Shown here one piece after another: positions 1-9,403 of a stretch of 59,103 nucleotides of DNA; positions within the stretch are counted from its first letter, which is position 1; the number at the start of each line of letters is the position of its first letter. Both the position numbers and the translations under genes were made by a program. Where the stretch lies: IMG/VR virus record IMGVR_UViG_3300028588_000027, positions 1 to 59,103 of that record; one strand, 5' to 3'. The notes beneath the pieces were generated by a model. That model was not told where the DNA came from. It was given only the letters and a program-made list of their open reading frames with translations, and searched no databases. The stretch is from a virus (Duplodnaviria; Caudoviricetes).

Positions 1-126
1 CGCCGGTGCTGCAGCTGCAGGCGCGGCCGGCTGGCCAGGCTGGCCACCTTCGTCGCCCGGGTTCTTGAAGCGCTCGAGTACGCCCTGTACGGCCAGTTCG
101 ACGGCCTGGCCCAGCACCTGCATGGT
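1..126. repeat. Direct terminal repeat, left copy (circular-assembly overlap)
   Basis: Bases 1-126 are identical to 58976-59101; only the last 2 nt of the window differ from the continuation. Confidence 0.95.
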
Positions 127-486
127 CGCTTCCTGATCCTTGGCCAGCAGCAGGAACTGGAAAGCGCGCAGGGTCAGCACCAGCGTGGCTGGAATCATCA
201 GCTGCGGCGGGATCGTCTTGTTCGACTGTTGCCACAGCATGAACATCAGTTTGATGATGCCTTTGGACAGGCGCTGTTCGAGTGGGCCGCCCTGGTCGAG
301 CTCGTCCAGCATCATCTGGTGGCTGGACTTGTCGAACATGATGCGCATGCCCGACAGCACAACCTTGTCGAAAACAGGCTGCATATTGGCTGGAATCTTG
401 GCGCGGGCCTCGGCGATCGCGCGGGTAATGTCGTCGGCGCCGCCGGCGGCTTTGGCCGGCTTGGCGCCTGGTGCTGGTTTTTTCAT
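1..486 (-). CDS. 5' part of a 180-aa gene spanning the circular junction (probable internal virion protein)
   Basis: ATG at 486 after an AGGA SD; reads MKKPAPGAK...ERFKNPGDEGGQPG and continues in frame at 58975 to TAA at 58919. Not in the ORF track. Confidence 0.85.
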   Translation of the reverse strand, partial: MKKPAPGAKPAKAAGGADDITRAIAEARAKIPANMQPVFDKVVLSGMRIMFDKSSHQMMLDELDQGGPLEQRLSKGIIKLMFMLWQQSNKTIPPQLMIPATLVLTLRAFQFLLLAKDQEATMQVLGQAVELAVQGVLERFKNPGDEGGQPGQPAAPAAAAPA

Positions 487-498
487 GGCGTGGTCCTT

Positions 499-1368
499 TT
501 ATTGGGTGCGGCCCGAGCCCCACAGGGCGCGGCGTTCGGCGGTGGCGGCCGATTGTTTGGCGGCTTCGGCTTGTTGGCGGTACTGCTCCATCATTGCCTT
601 GTCCTTCTCGGACGGAGCGACGTTGTTGGCGATCGCGCCCACGCTCTCGAGCGCAGCCTTGGCCAGCAGCGGGTTTGCCTTGGCCCATGCCTGGACGTTC
701 TGCAGCATGGACGAACCTGCAGCGCTCGAGGCGGCGCCGGTGGCTGCCGTGGTCGGCGCGGCGAAGGCGTTGCCGGCGGCGTTGGTGGCGGCGAATTTGC
801 TGGTCGTATCGGCGGCAATCGCGCCGGCGACGTCGGTGGCGCCGCCAGTGGCGGCCGGCGCGACGGTACCCAGCAGGCCGGTATCGCTGGCCAGGTTGGC
901 GGCGCTGGACGCGGCGGCGCTCGAGCCGGTCGTTCCCATGCTGGCCATGTCGATCATGCCGCCGCCGGCGGATTCCGCTGCAGCAGAGGCGGCGGCGCCC
1001 ACGGCGTCGGCCGTGGTGGCCGCTGCGGCATCGGTGACGGCTCCGGCGGTGGCCTGTGCTGCAGCATCGGCAGCTGCAGAGCTGGCCGCATCGGTGGCGG
1101 CGCTGCCGGCGACGTCGGCGGCAGAGGCTGCAGCAGCGCCCGAGCTGGCGAGGTTGCTGGCCAGCGTGCCGAGGCCGCCAGCAATGCCGATGATGCCGCC
1201 GATCTTCGTCAATTTCTCGTTGCCGGTCAGCGTGCCGACGATGGTAAGGGCAGAGCCCACCATCGTGGCGCCGGCGGCAACCATGGCAAAGACGCCGGTG
1301 GCGGCGGCAAAGGCGGTGGCGCCGGCGGCGAAAGAGCCGGCAGCGAGTGCAATTACAGCGACGGGCAT
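499..1368 (-). CDS. Ala/Gly-rich DNA ejection/pilot-type internal virion protein
   Basis: Hydrophobic Gly/Ala N-terminus, low-complexity middle, charged helical C-terminus; position in podovirus ejection module; AAGGA SD. Confidence 0.65.
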   Translation of the reverse strand: MPVAVIALAAGSFAAGATAFAAATGVFAMVAAGATMVGSALTIVGTLTGNEKLTKIGGIIGIAGGLGTLASNLASSGAAAASAADVAGSAATDAASSAAADAAAQATAGAVTDAAAATTADAVGAAASAAAESAGGGMIDMASMGTTGSSAAASSAANLASDTGLLGTVAPAATGGATDVAGAIAADTTSKFAATNAAGNAFAAPTTAATGAASSAAGSSMLQNVQAWAKANPLLAKAALESVGAIANNVAPSEKDKAMMEQYRQQAEAAKQSAATAERRALWGSGRTQ

Positions 1369-1724
1369 GGGGTGGTTCCTTTACGTTGGTAGGGCAGTTC
1401 GGTAATGGCCCAATAGGAGTAGTAATCGTCAGACCAGGTGTGTTGGAAGCCGAGCGCTTCGCGCAGGCGGTGGTCTGTTTCCGCGATCGGCACGCGGGTG
1501 GTGGCGTAGCCGTACTTCTCGAGCAAGGGCGCCACGAACTCGGCGATGTTCCGGCGCGACATGGCCCGGTTGCCGACAATCGAAACGAAGTGGATTTCCG
1601 TCCACCTGGTGATGACGAAGGCGACGTCGACGCCGGCGCGCTTGGCTGTTTGGATATTCCAGCCGGCCAGGGCGCCGGCGCTGGCGCCGATTGACGCCAG
1701 GTACTGCTCGAGGCGCGCGTCCAT
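1353..1724 (-). CDS. Small protein, possibly GNAT-fold acetyltransferase-like
   Basis: EIHF...ATTRV...REALGF pattern resembles small GNAT-like genes found among podovirus ejection genes; start coupled to the upstream stop. Confidence 0.45.
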   Translation of the reverse strand: MDARLEQYLASIGASAGALAGWNIQTAKRAGVDVAFVITRWTEIHFVSIVGNRAMSRRNIAEFVAPLLEKYGYATTRVPIAETDHRLREALGFQHTWSDDYYSYWAITELPYQRKGTTPCPSL

Positions 1725-2953
1725 CAGCGGGTGTTGTAGTAGTTGTCCTGCGCCTGCGCCGCGCGAATGGCACTTCGGGCCGTGTCATTGACCATTGATC
1801 CGGTCGGCCCGGTCGCGTTGGCCCAGCTGCTGCCGCCGCCACCGCCGCCCGCACCGCCGCCACCGCCGCCGCCGAAGTCAAGGTCGCTCGAGACGGAGCC
1901 GAGTACATAGACGGCGCCGGCTAGGCCGCTGCCTGGCTGGTAGACGCCGTTGACGTACTTGGCCATGGTTCCCTGGCCCAGCGCTTCGAGCATGGCCGCC
2001 TTGCGATCCGGCGACATATCCATGTTCTGGATGATGTTGTTGGCCATCGACAGGCGCGACTCGTCGGCATTCTTGCGGTAGCCGGCATCGGTGTTATAGC
2101 GGCTGGTCGCGTCCTGCATCTCCGCGGTGTAACGGCTGGTGGCGTCGGACACCTGGCGTTCCCACTGGCTGTTCAGCAGCTGCTGCTCGGTCGTCCACTT
2201 CGCGGTGTCGTTCTGCAGCTGGGTTTGCCACTGGCTGTTCTGCAGCTGCGCGCCGGTCTGCCAGCGGGAAGTGTCATCCTGCATCTGCGCCAGCTGCGCG
2301 GCCTGCGCGCGTGCCTTGGCGGCGTCGGCATACTGCGCATCCAGGCGGAAGCCCTGGTTCGTTTGATCCGCGTTCCACATGGTCGCCTGGTTCTTGAGCG
2401 CGACGTTGTAATCGGCGGCGCCGGCGTAAGTGCCGGCATCGGCCGTGGCGATCGGAAGCGCCGAACGGATTGCCGCGTCGGTACCGCCCGATGCCGCCAT
2501 GGCCGAATTGAGCATGCCGCGCTCGTTGGCCGTGCGCAGCGCGTCCGCCCTGGCCTGCTGCATGTACTGGCCGTTCTCGTCCATTAAGCCCTGCATCTGG
2601 CCCTGGACGGTTTCGGTTGTCTTGTCGACGGTGCGCGTCGCCAGGTCGGCCTGGTTAATCGTTGCGGTCTTTACCGGGTCCGTGGTGGCCGGCGCGAAGG
2701 TCGGCCGTTCCGGCGCGGTTGGGATCGTCGGCGCAGCTGCAGATGCTGGCGCTGGCTTGACGCCAGGCGCGGCCGGCGAACTGGCGGCGCTGGCCCAGCT
2801 GGTAGGCGGCGCGGTCGCCGTAGGCGTGGCCACGGCCGTTGGCTGGGGCGAGTAGTAGCCCGTCAGCGACGGCGCCGCCGTGGCATAGCGCGCTTGCGCC
2901 CAGCCGGTAATCTGTGCCGTCGTGTTCGGATCGGCATAGCTCGTTTGTTGCAT
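1724..2953 (-). CDS. Internal virion/ejection protein (409 aa)
   Basis: Likely start MQQTSY at 2953 with GAGGA SD; Gln/Ala-rich helical repeats and poly-Gly tail. Confidence 0.65.
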   Translation of the reverse strand: MQQTSYADPNTTAQITGWAQARYATAAPSLTGYYSPQPTAVATPTATAPPTSWASAASSPAAPGVKPAPASAAAPTIPTAPERPTFAPATTDPVKTATINQADLATRTVDKTTETVQGQMQGLMDENGQYMQQARADALRTANERGMLNSAMAASGGTDAAIRSALPIATADAGTYAGAADYNVALKNQATMWNADQTNQGFRLDAQYADAAKARAQAAQLAQMQDDTSRWQTGAQLQNSQWQTQLQNDTAKWTTEQQLLNSQWERQVSDATSRYTAEMQDATSRYNTDAGYRKNADESRLSMANNIIQNMDMSPDRKAAMLEALGQGTMAKYVNGVYQPGSGLAGAVYVLGSVSSDLDFGGGGGGGAGGGGGGSSWANATGPTGSMVNDTARSAIRAAQAQDNYYNTR

Positions 2954-2988
2954 AGTGGGTTTCCTCGTTGGGCGATTCGCAGCAGAAA

Positions 2989-3609
2989 CTATTTTACCGC
3001 CGGAACATTCCCATCCGAAACAATTTCGGAGGCGGGTACCGGGCCGTAAAAGCCGTTCGCGCGTATCCAGGCCTGGCACGCGCGGGCCGTCTCGGTTACT
3101 TCGTCGGCGAGGTTTGCTGCAGCCCAAAGGTCGTCTTCAATTTGTTGCGGAAGGCGGACGGTGGCGGCAGGGGTTTCATCGCGCTGGCCGACGCCTGCGG
3201 CTTCGGTTCCGGTTCCAGCGCCACCGGTTGGACAGGCTGGGGCCGCGATGCGCAGCCCGCCAGCACGATCTGCAGCAGCACGATCAGCGTCACGATCGCG
3301 GTGTAGGTTGGCAATTTCAGTTTCATAGTTTTCCTCCAGGGTGCGGTTGATGGTGTTGTACTTCTTTTGCAACTCTGTGATTTCACGGCTGTGCGCCATG
3401 GCCAGGTCCAGAGCGCCCAAGCGGCGGGCTTCTTCCAGGTTCTGCCATTCGTTGCGTTCCTCGAGCTGGCCAGCGTGGGCGCCGGCGCGGTAGATGAGGA
3501 AGCCGGCGCCGATCGTGGCCAGCACCAGGGCCAGCAGGATGATGAGGCGCGTGGCCATGCGCTCGGGCGCCTTGGCGATGTCGGTAGCGGTTTTTGCGAG
3601 GTCGATCAT
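2989..3609 (-). CDS. rz: Inner-membrane spanin (Rz-like)
   Basis: N-terminal TM helix, coiled coil, GGLRI...C and LxACQAW motifs; directly downstream of endolysin; contains an embedded lipoprotein gene. Confidence 0.8.
   Translation of the reverse strand: MIDLAKTATDIAKAPERMATRLIILLALVLATIGAGFLIYRAGAHAGQLEERNEWQNLEEARRLGALDLAMAHSREITELQKKYNTINRTLEENYETEIANLHRDRDADRAAADRAGGLRIAAPACPTGGAGTGTEAAGVGQRDETPAATVRLPQQIEDDLWAAANLADEVTETARACQAWIRANGFYGPVPASEIVSDGNVPAVK
3096..3326 (-). CDS. rz1: Outer-membrane spanin lipoprotein (Rz1-like), embedded in rz
   Basis: MKLKLPTYTAIVTLIVLLQIVLAG-C lipobox followed by a Pro-rich segment; GGAGG SD; different frame inside rz. Confidence 0.8.
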   Translation of the reverse strand: MKLKLPTYTAIVTLIVLLQIVLAGCASRPQPVQPVALEPEPKPQASASAMKPLPPPSAFRNKLKTTFGLQQTSPTK

Positions 3610-4244
3610 GCGATTGCCTTTTTGGTCAGGTTGGTGAGCATCAAGCGCTCGGCATAGCCCACGGCATCGCCGATGCGCGTGGTGCGGCGCCCAATGTTGA
3701 TGAGGTCGGAAATTGCGTCACAGTTGTCCTGGTCGGCCAGGGCGTTGCAGCCGGCGTTCTTCCAGTACCAGGCGGCCGACAGCGCAGCACCGTCCGGCGT
3801 GCACAGCCATTCGCCGATCGTCTCGGGGTCGACGTCGAAGAACAGCGCCGCGGCCAGGTGGTTTTCCTTGCCGGTCAGCTGAATCCAGCCGGCGCCACGG
3901 TAGCGGTAGCCGTCGCCGCTTTTCATGTCGCCGTTGCCCATGCGGTTCGCGTAGACGTAGTTGGCGATCGCCTCGGGCATATGCGCGTAGCCCTTGGCCG
4001 AGGCCTCGCTGGGGAAGCGCGACGGCCACACGCGCATCAGCGTCGACGCCTGGTAGTTCAGGTTCTCGCGTGCGCGCAGGAACTGGCCGCTTTCGTGCGC
4101 GGTCTGGCCGATGAAGTGGGCCGTGCGCGCTGGCGTGGTGATGCCGAAGCGTGGCATTGCCGCCGACAGCGCAGCGGCCACCACGGCCGCGCGCGAACCG
4201 ACTGCAGGCGCCACGCGCAGCAGCTGCTCGGGAGTGATCGTCAT
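3606..4244 (-). CDS. Endolysin, glycoside hydrolase family 19
   Basis: AHFIGQTAHESG, ENLNY, YANRMGNG, GDGYRYRGAGWIQLTGKENH and SAAWYW motifs. Confidence 0.92.
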   Translation of the reverse strand: MTITPEQLLRVAPAVGSRAAVVAAALSAAMPRFGITTPARTAHFIGQTAHESGQFLRARENLNYQASTLMRVWPSRFPSEASAKGYAHMPEAIANYVYANRMGNGDMKSGDGYRYRGAGWIQLTGKENHLAAALFFDVDPETIGEWLCTPDGAALSAAWYWKNAGCNALADQDNCDAISDLINIGRRTTRIGDAVGYAERLMLTNLTKKAIA

Positions 4245-4660
4245 GGCTTCACCTCCGGCATTTTCTTATCCATGGCCCAGCTGTAAGCGCGCTTGATGAA
4301 GGTGTAGCCGCCAAACGACGCCACCATGATCGCGGCGGCCAGCCAGCCGGTACGGATTTCCTGCGACTCCGCGCCGAAGAACACAAGCAAGCCGGCAGCA
4401 TTCGCGGCCAGCAGGCGGCTGGAAACGAACAGCCACAGGCGCGGGATGACTGGCGCCTGTTCGTACTTCTCGATCATCGCGTGCAGGAGCGAAGTGCCGC
4501 CCATGACAGTCGACAGCGTGACCGTCATCAGCAAATCCAGCAGCGGAATCTGTGACATCTGGCCGCCGAAGGTGATCGCCGCCGCCCAAGCCGAGAAGGG
4601 CCACAGGAGGATCAGCGTTCCCTGTGCGACGAACAGGGCTTGCTTGAGTTCTTTTTTCAT
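4241..4660 (-). CDS. Holin-like multi-pass membrane protein
   Basis: 3-4 hydrophobic segments and a basic C-terminus; immediately upstream of the endolysin. Confidence 0.65.
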   Translation of the reverse strand: MKKELKQALFVAQGTLILLWPFSAWAAAITFGGQMSQIPLLDLLMTVTLSTVMGGTSLLHAMIEKYEQAPVIPRLWLFVSSRLLAANAAGLLVFFGAESQEIRTGWLAAAIMVASFGGYTFIKRAYSWAMDKKMPEVKP

Positions 4661-5073
4661 TCACATGCCTTATTTTTGTAGCGTTTATGGACGTCGACAA
4701 AAGCCGATGCCGGGACCAGCACGATGTACTGCAGGTAGAACGGGATGGGCGAGAGGGGTAGGCCGTAGTGCACGCATGTCCAGGCCTGGCTGGCGAAACA
4801 GCCGGCTATGGCCATCGTCACCAGGTGGCGATCGCGCAGCGCCGGCCGGATGACGAAGCGGTCGGGCATCAGGTCGTTCACCACCAGGTCGACCGCGCCC
4901 AGCACCGTCAGCACGCCCAGCGCCCACATGGCATAGGTGGCGAAGCTGCTGGCGTGCGCCACCTGGTACAGCAGCGTCTCCGGCTGCGTCAGGGCGGCGA
5001 CCGCGTACAGGGCTGAAGCCACCATCGTGTAGGTGCGCAGCAGCACGCCGCAATCCAGGAAGCGGGCCATCAT
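4657..5073 (-). CDS. Multi-pass membrane protein (holin/antiholin candidate)
   Basis: Start MMARFLD overlaps the upstream stop (ATGA); about 4 hydrophobic segments; basic tail. Confidence 0.6.
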   Translation of the reverse strand: MMARFLDCGVLLRTYTMVASALYAVAALTQPETLLYQVAHASSFATYAMWALGVLTVLGAVDLVVNDLMPDRFVIRPALRDRHLVTMAIAGCFASQAWTCVHYGLPLSPIPFYLQYIVLVPASAFVDVHKRYKNKACE

Positions 5074-5561
5074 GCGGCGCACTCCAAGATGGCCGTGAGC
5101 CGCGCGGCGTTGTAGACCTCGACCATGCGCTGTAGGACCGGGAACAGCGTGTTCGGCTCGAGGCGGAAAGCCTGGTCGATGCCCAGCGCCGCGGCGACGG
5201 CTTCGGAGCAAAACGCCTTGTCGTTCGACTCCGAGAAAAAGCCCAGCGCCAGGAACACATTGCCCATGGTGTCGTAGGGCATGCCCTCGTTCTTCACGAA
5301 CCAGGCGCGCGCCGCGCCTTCCCATTCCGCCGGCAAGTCGATGACGTCCCACTTGCCGGGCTCGAAGGCGATTTGCTTAAAGCGCACGCCGCCGTCCGAG
5401 AACGACGACGACGCCGCCACGCCATCGGAGAAGATCAGTTCAACATGGCTGTATGGACCACGCCCGCGCGTGCGCACCAGGTAGTTGTAGATGCCGGCCA
5501 GGCCGGGACGGTTGGCGCGAAAAAAAGCGGCCCGGAAGCCGCGTTGGTTTTGCTCTTTCAT
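5070..5561 (-). CDS. Permuted papain-like NlpC/P60 (YiiX/YebB-like) enzyme
   Basis: YSHVEL (His) precedes G.PYD and FCSEAVA (Cys), the permuted catalytic order; start MKEQNQ with GAGGG SD. Confidence 0.75.
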   Translation of the reverse strand: MKEQNQRGFRAAFFRANRPGLAGIYNYLVRTRGRGPYSHVELIFSDGVAASSSFSDGGVRFKQIAFEPGKWDVIDLPAEWEGAARAWFVKNEGMPYDTMGNVFLALGFFSESNDKAFCSEAVAAALGIDQAFRLEPNTLFPVLQRMVEVYNAARLTAILECAA

Positions 5562-5583
5562 GGAACCCTCTGTGTGGTTTGAA

Positions 5584-6069
5584 CTAGTTGATTGCGCCGA
5601 TTTCAAACGCCACCTGGACGCCGGTGACGGTGTACGTCGTGTTGTTGTAGGTGTCGGTAACGACGCATTGCAGCGTGCCGTACAGGCTGGCGTTTCGGCC
5701 AGTGAACGACACGCGGCAGGTGGCGCTGTTGGCGTCGGACAGCACCAGCAGGCCCGGCGGCGAGCCTTGCCAGGACCATTGATAGTTGAACGGCCCTTTG
5801 CCGTTGGAGACGATCACATACGGGGTGATAGTGGTTGTCTTGGTCGTGGTCTGGCTCGCCGTCTGGCGGTAGCTGTCACCAATGCCCTGCAGGGTCACAG
5901 GCACGTAACTGGCTTTGCCGCGGAAGTCGGACATGCTGACCGAGCCGGACGGGCGCTGTGCCAGGTTGCGCATGGCCTGGCTGCCGAACGATGTGCCGGT
6001 ATTCGCGCCCACGCCCATTTCGACGTTGATCTGCGAAGCCGAGATCGCGCCGGTAGGGGAGAGCGCCAT
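5584..6069 (-). CDS. Tail-fiber-associated adhesin/tip protein
   Basis: MALSPTGAISASQINVE...SMSDFRGK N-terminus typical of fiber-tip adhesins, followed by a beta-rich domain. Confidence 0.6.
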   Translation of the reverse strand: MALSPTGAISASQINVEMGVGANTGTSFGSQAMRNLAQRPSGSVSMSDFRGKASYVPVTLQGIGDSYRQTASQTTTKTTTITPYVIVSNGKGPFNYQWSWQGSPPGLLVLSDANSATCRVSFTGRNASLYGTLQCVVTDTYNNTTYTVTGVQVAFEIGAIN

Positions 6070-6734
6070 TACAGCGTCTCGCGGATCGTGTAGGCCTCGC
6101 CGATGATGCGCAGGTATTCAGCCTGTGCGTCCTCGATGGCCGGCGTGTTCGCCTCGAGCATGCGGTATTTCTGCATGCGCAGCTTTTCCAGATTCTTGTT
6201 GGCCGTGCGCAGGTGATCGGCCTGCGCCGCGATCAGGTCGGCCGCTGCTGGATACTCCATCTTCGCCTCGTCGGCGAAGTCGGTGATCCAGGCGTCGACG
6301 TCGCCCTGGTAGCCGGCGGCGATGTATGCCCGCGCCGCGGCCTCGCGTTCGACATAGCCCAGCTGGAAGCGCATCTTGTCGCCGATGATGCCGCCGATGA
6401 TGGCGGTAATGCTGGCGGTCCAGGTGGTGCGCTTCTGCTCGTCGGTCGGTTCGGACATGCCTGGCGGTGCTGCAGCTGCAGCTGCATCGCGGGCGCGGCG
6501 CTCGGCAATGCGCACTTCCAGCGGATCGGCCAGGCCCAGCGCGCGCGCGATCTGGTCGCACTTGGCCAGGTAGTCGGCCTCGGTGTAGCCGCCGGCCGGC
6601 GCCGGCATGGCGCAGGGGCCGAGCCAGCTGGCGGTTTCCTCGTAGCCGTCCTCACTGACCACCAGCATGAAGCCGATGCTGGCCAGCACGCCGGCGGACA
6701 GGACCGGGTTGATGTGTTTGAAGGTGTGGTTCAT
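6069..6734 (-). CDS. Tail fiber assembly/chaperone-like protein
   Basis: Start MNHTFK overlaps the fiber stop; Y..RE..A..Y...GY motif of fiber-associated proteins. Confidence 0.55.
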   Translation of the reverse strand: MNHTFKHINPVLSAGVLASIGFMLVVSEDGYEETASWLGPCAMPAPAGGYTEADYLAKCDQIARALGLADPLEVRIAERRARDAAAAAAPPGMSEPTDEQKRTTWTASITAIIGGIIGDKMRFQLGYVEREAAARAYIAAGYQGDVDAWITDFADEAKMEYPAAADLIAAQADHLRTANKNLEKLRMQKYRMLEANTPAIEDAQAEYLRIIGEAYTIRETL

Positions 6735-9403
6735 TTGCTCTGAATGCCTTTCAGTTGCTGGGTCAGGGAATCGACCAGGTTGGCCAAGTCGAGGATTTGC
6801 TGCGCTTGCTGTTCGATGCGCGCGTCGTGGTCGACCGCCACCTTTGCGAGTTCGACAGCCGCCACCATCGCGCCGGCGCCGTAGTTCACGGACAGCTTTT
6901 TGCCAGGGATAACTACTTCGGGCAGCACCTCGCGCAGCGACTGCGCGCCCACGCCGGCCTGCGTCGCCTTGATGTCGATGCGGTCGAAGATGCCCGACTT
7001 GACGCCGGCCAGCTTGGCCACGAAGTTGTCTGTAACCGGCCGCCAATTCGTTTTCAGCGTCTGGTCGGAAAACGCGGTGATGTCGCCGTACATGGTCAGG
7101 TTGCTGCCGCTGATGTAGCCGCGCTCGGCGGCGCCAGTGCCGAACACGATACCGCTGTAACCGCTGAGAACCGTCGTCCCTCCGGCAGCGGTCATGCCGT
7201 AGTTCAGGACTGAGATTCCCTGATAGTTCCACCTGTCAAGCAAGTTAACGCCGATCCAACCCGCGTGATAACCGGCAGAGGTCAAGAAACCATTACCGTC
7301 GCGTAAAGCAACAGAGTTAGCCGCCCCATAAAACGTTGGGCCGTAGCCCTGCAGCGTATTCGCGTTGCCAGCGGTGAAGGCGGTTGCCGTGCCCATCAGG
7401 CCCACGCCATTGCCATAAAACGCGCCGCTTGACTGAATATCTTTTGCCAGGAAACTTGCGCCGTTGTAGGTCTTTACATACCCGTCGTTCATGTCGGCGA
7501 AGATGCCGACACCATAACTTTCGTTGAACCAGCCAGTAGAACCCTGCGAACGGAACCAGCCATCCGTACCGTTCGTGTAAGCCGGACCGTTGATGCGCGT
7601 GGCTGCGTCGGCTTGCAAGGCGTATGCCGGCGTGGCGTTCTTGGCCATGGCATCCTGCGCGATCCGCGCCACCACGTAGGCCGTCGTCGGCACCCGCTGG
7701 CTGTTGTCGGCCACGCCTGGCGTCGGCACGGTCAGGATGCCGGTCGGCGTGACGGACCAGGGCGTCGCCCAGGTGGAGAAATCAGTCGCGGCCGAAGTGT
7801 CGAGCAACATATTCAGGTAGCCGCCTGAGCACATCAAGCGCCACTGTCTGCCTGTTGCGGCGGGCTGCGCACTATCAAGCAGCGTGAGGCCTGCTGTGCT
7901 TGCCACCATAAGGGCGCCGTTGATGTCAACGTTGCCGGCGACTTTCAGGCCCGTTACCTTGGCCGTGCCGGCCACCTGCAGCTTGGCGCCGCTGCCGTCG
8001 TCGGTGGCGCGGCCCACCACCACGTTGCCGGTACCGCTTTCCGCGATCGCCACCAGGCCAGTCGGGCCGACGAAGCGCAGGCGCGTCGCGCCGTTGCCGC
8101 TGCCGTCCTGGACATGCAGGCCTGCGTTCAGGTCGGCGATGCGGTAATACAGCGTGACATTGCCGGCGCCAGAGCGCGCGCTGAACCTGGCCTCACCCGT
8201 CGCATGCTGCGCGTTGACGGTCGTGGCGCTGGCGTCGCCGGTGAACGTCGGGTTGACGAACACGGAGCCCGTCAGCAGCGCCACGCCGTTCCAGGTCACG
8301 GTCTGCGCCAGGATGTTCAGCGAACCCTTGCCCAAGGCGCCGGAATCGCCGCCGGTGGCCTCCAGGCGCACATCGTAGTCGCCGCTGTTGGCCACGCTGT
8401 GGAAGTCGACGTATGCGTTACCAGCAGCACCACGGCCGGCGCGCCCGATTTCGATGCCGTTGCTGGCCAGCTGTACCTGACCGTCGGCGTTGGCGTTGGC
8501 GGTGATCGCGCCGGTCGCCGACGCGCTGCCGGTAAATGCCGGGTTGGCCTTCGGTGCGTAGCTGGCCAGGCTCGGCTTGTTCCAAATGAATGCCTTCGAC
8601 GCCGTATTGGCTTCGTTCCAGTCGGCTTGCACCTGGCCGGCCGCGGTCTGTTCGGCGTAGGCCTGCGCCTGGCCAGCCCAATAGCGGGCCGAGTACAGAC
8701 CACCCGAGACGGCCGCCCCCAGCTTGGTTGCCCAATCCTGTGACAGCTGCGCCGCGGCGCCGGCGTCGATCGCGTATTTCTTCGCGCCGTAGTTGGTGGC
8801 GTCGACCAGCGCCAGGCTCGTCGCCCAGCTGTTAGCCGCGGTGGCCGCGTTGGCGGCGGCGTTGGCGTAGTAGCGCGCGCCGTACAGGCCGCCCGAGACG
8901 GCCGCCAGGCTGGTCGCCCACGCCTGCGACAGCGCCGCGCTTTCGGCTGCAGCCGTCGCTGCAGCGGTCGCCATCACCACCTGGGAGTTGACGACAGGCG
9001 GCAGGACGAAGGCCTTGAGCGCGCTCGAGTAGACCAGGTAAATCGTAGCGTTCGCCTGCAGGTCGCTGGCCTGCGGGTTGCTGCCGTCGGTGCGCTTGAT
9101 CGGCATGTTGCCGATGCCGTTCACGTTCAGGGTGCAGGCGCCGGTGTTGTCGCGCAGCGGGCGCAGCTTCACCTCGAGGCCGTCGACGTAGGCCGCCACC
9201 TTGGCCGGCAGCTCCACCAGGTAGGTGTTGTCGGCCTGGCCGGTGTTCGCCGCGAAGTTGACAAGGCCACCTTTCAGCGCCAGCTCGCCCGGGAGCTTGT
9301 CAAAGGCGCCAGCGATCCGCTGGTTAATCTGATTGATGTCGGCCGAGCGTGCTTTGACGCCAGGCGCCAGCAATTCCGGCGGATCGTAAAATTCATTGCT
9401 CAT
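6731..9403 (-). CDS. Tail fiber with C-terminal S74-type intramolecular chaperone
   Basis: NTGACTLNVNGIG, YVDFHS...DYDVRL and GWFRSQGSTGW fiber motifs; FSDQTLKTNW...GVGAQSL...LSVNYG chaperone domain with terminal coiled coil. Confidence 0.88.
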   Translation of the reverse strand: MSNEFYDPPELLAPGVKARSADINQINQRIAGAFDKLPGELALKGGLVNFAANTGQADNTYLVELPAKVAAYVDGLEVKLRPLRDNTGACTLNVNGIGNMPIKRTDGSNPQASDLQANATIYLVYSSALKAFVLPPVVNSQVVMATAAATAAAESAALSQAWATSLAAVSGGLYGARYYANAAANAATAANSWATSLALVDATNYGAKKYAIDAGAAAQLSQDWATKLGAAVSGGLYSARYWAGQAQAYAEQTAAGQVQADWNEANTASKAFIWNKPSLASYAPKANPAFTGSASATGAITANANADGQVQLASNGIEIGRAGRGAAGNAYVDFHSVANSGDYDVRLEATGGDSGALGKGSLNILAQTVTWNGVALLTGSVFVNPTFTGDASATTVNAQHATGEARFSARSGAGNVTLYYRIADLNAGLHVQDGSGNGATRLRFVGPTGLVAIAESGTGNVVVGRATDDGSGAKLQVAGTAKVTGLKVAGNVDINGALMVASTAGLTLLDSAQPAATGRQWRLMCSGGYLNMLLDTSAATDFSTWATPWSVTPTGILTVPTPGVADNSQRVPTTAYVVARIAQDAMAKNATPAYALQADAATRINGPAYTNGTDGWFRSQGSTGWFNESYGVGIFADMNDGYVKTYNGASFLAKDIQSSGAFYGNGVGLMGTATAFTAGNANTLQGYGPTFYGAANSVALRDGNGFLTSAGYHAGWIGVNLLDRWNYQGISVLNYGMTAAGGTTVLSGYSGIVFGTGAAERGYISGSNLTMYGDITAFSDQTLKTNWRPVTDNFVAKLAGVKSGIFDRIDIKATQAGVGAQSLREVLPEVVIPGKKLSVNYGAGAMVAAVELAKVAVDHDARIEQQAQQILDLANLVDSLTQQLKGIQSK

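Noticed and set aside
1-126. Biological terminal repeat of the virion DNA
   Set aside because: It falls mid-gene and its length is close to a typical assembly k-mer, so an assembly overlap is more likely; reads are needed to decide.
5584-9403. Diversity-generating retroelement acting on the tail fiber
   Set aside because: No reverse transcriptase and no template/variable repeat pair seen.
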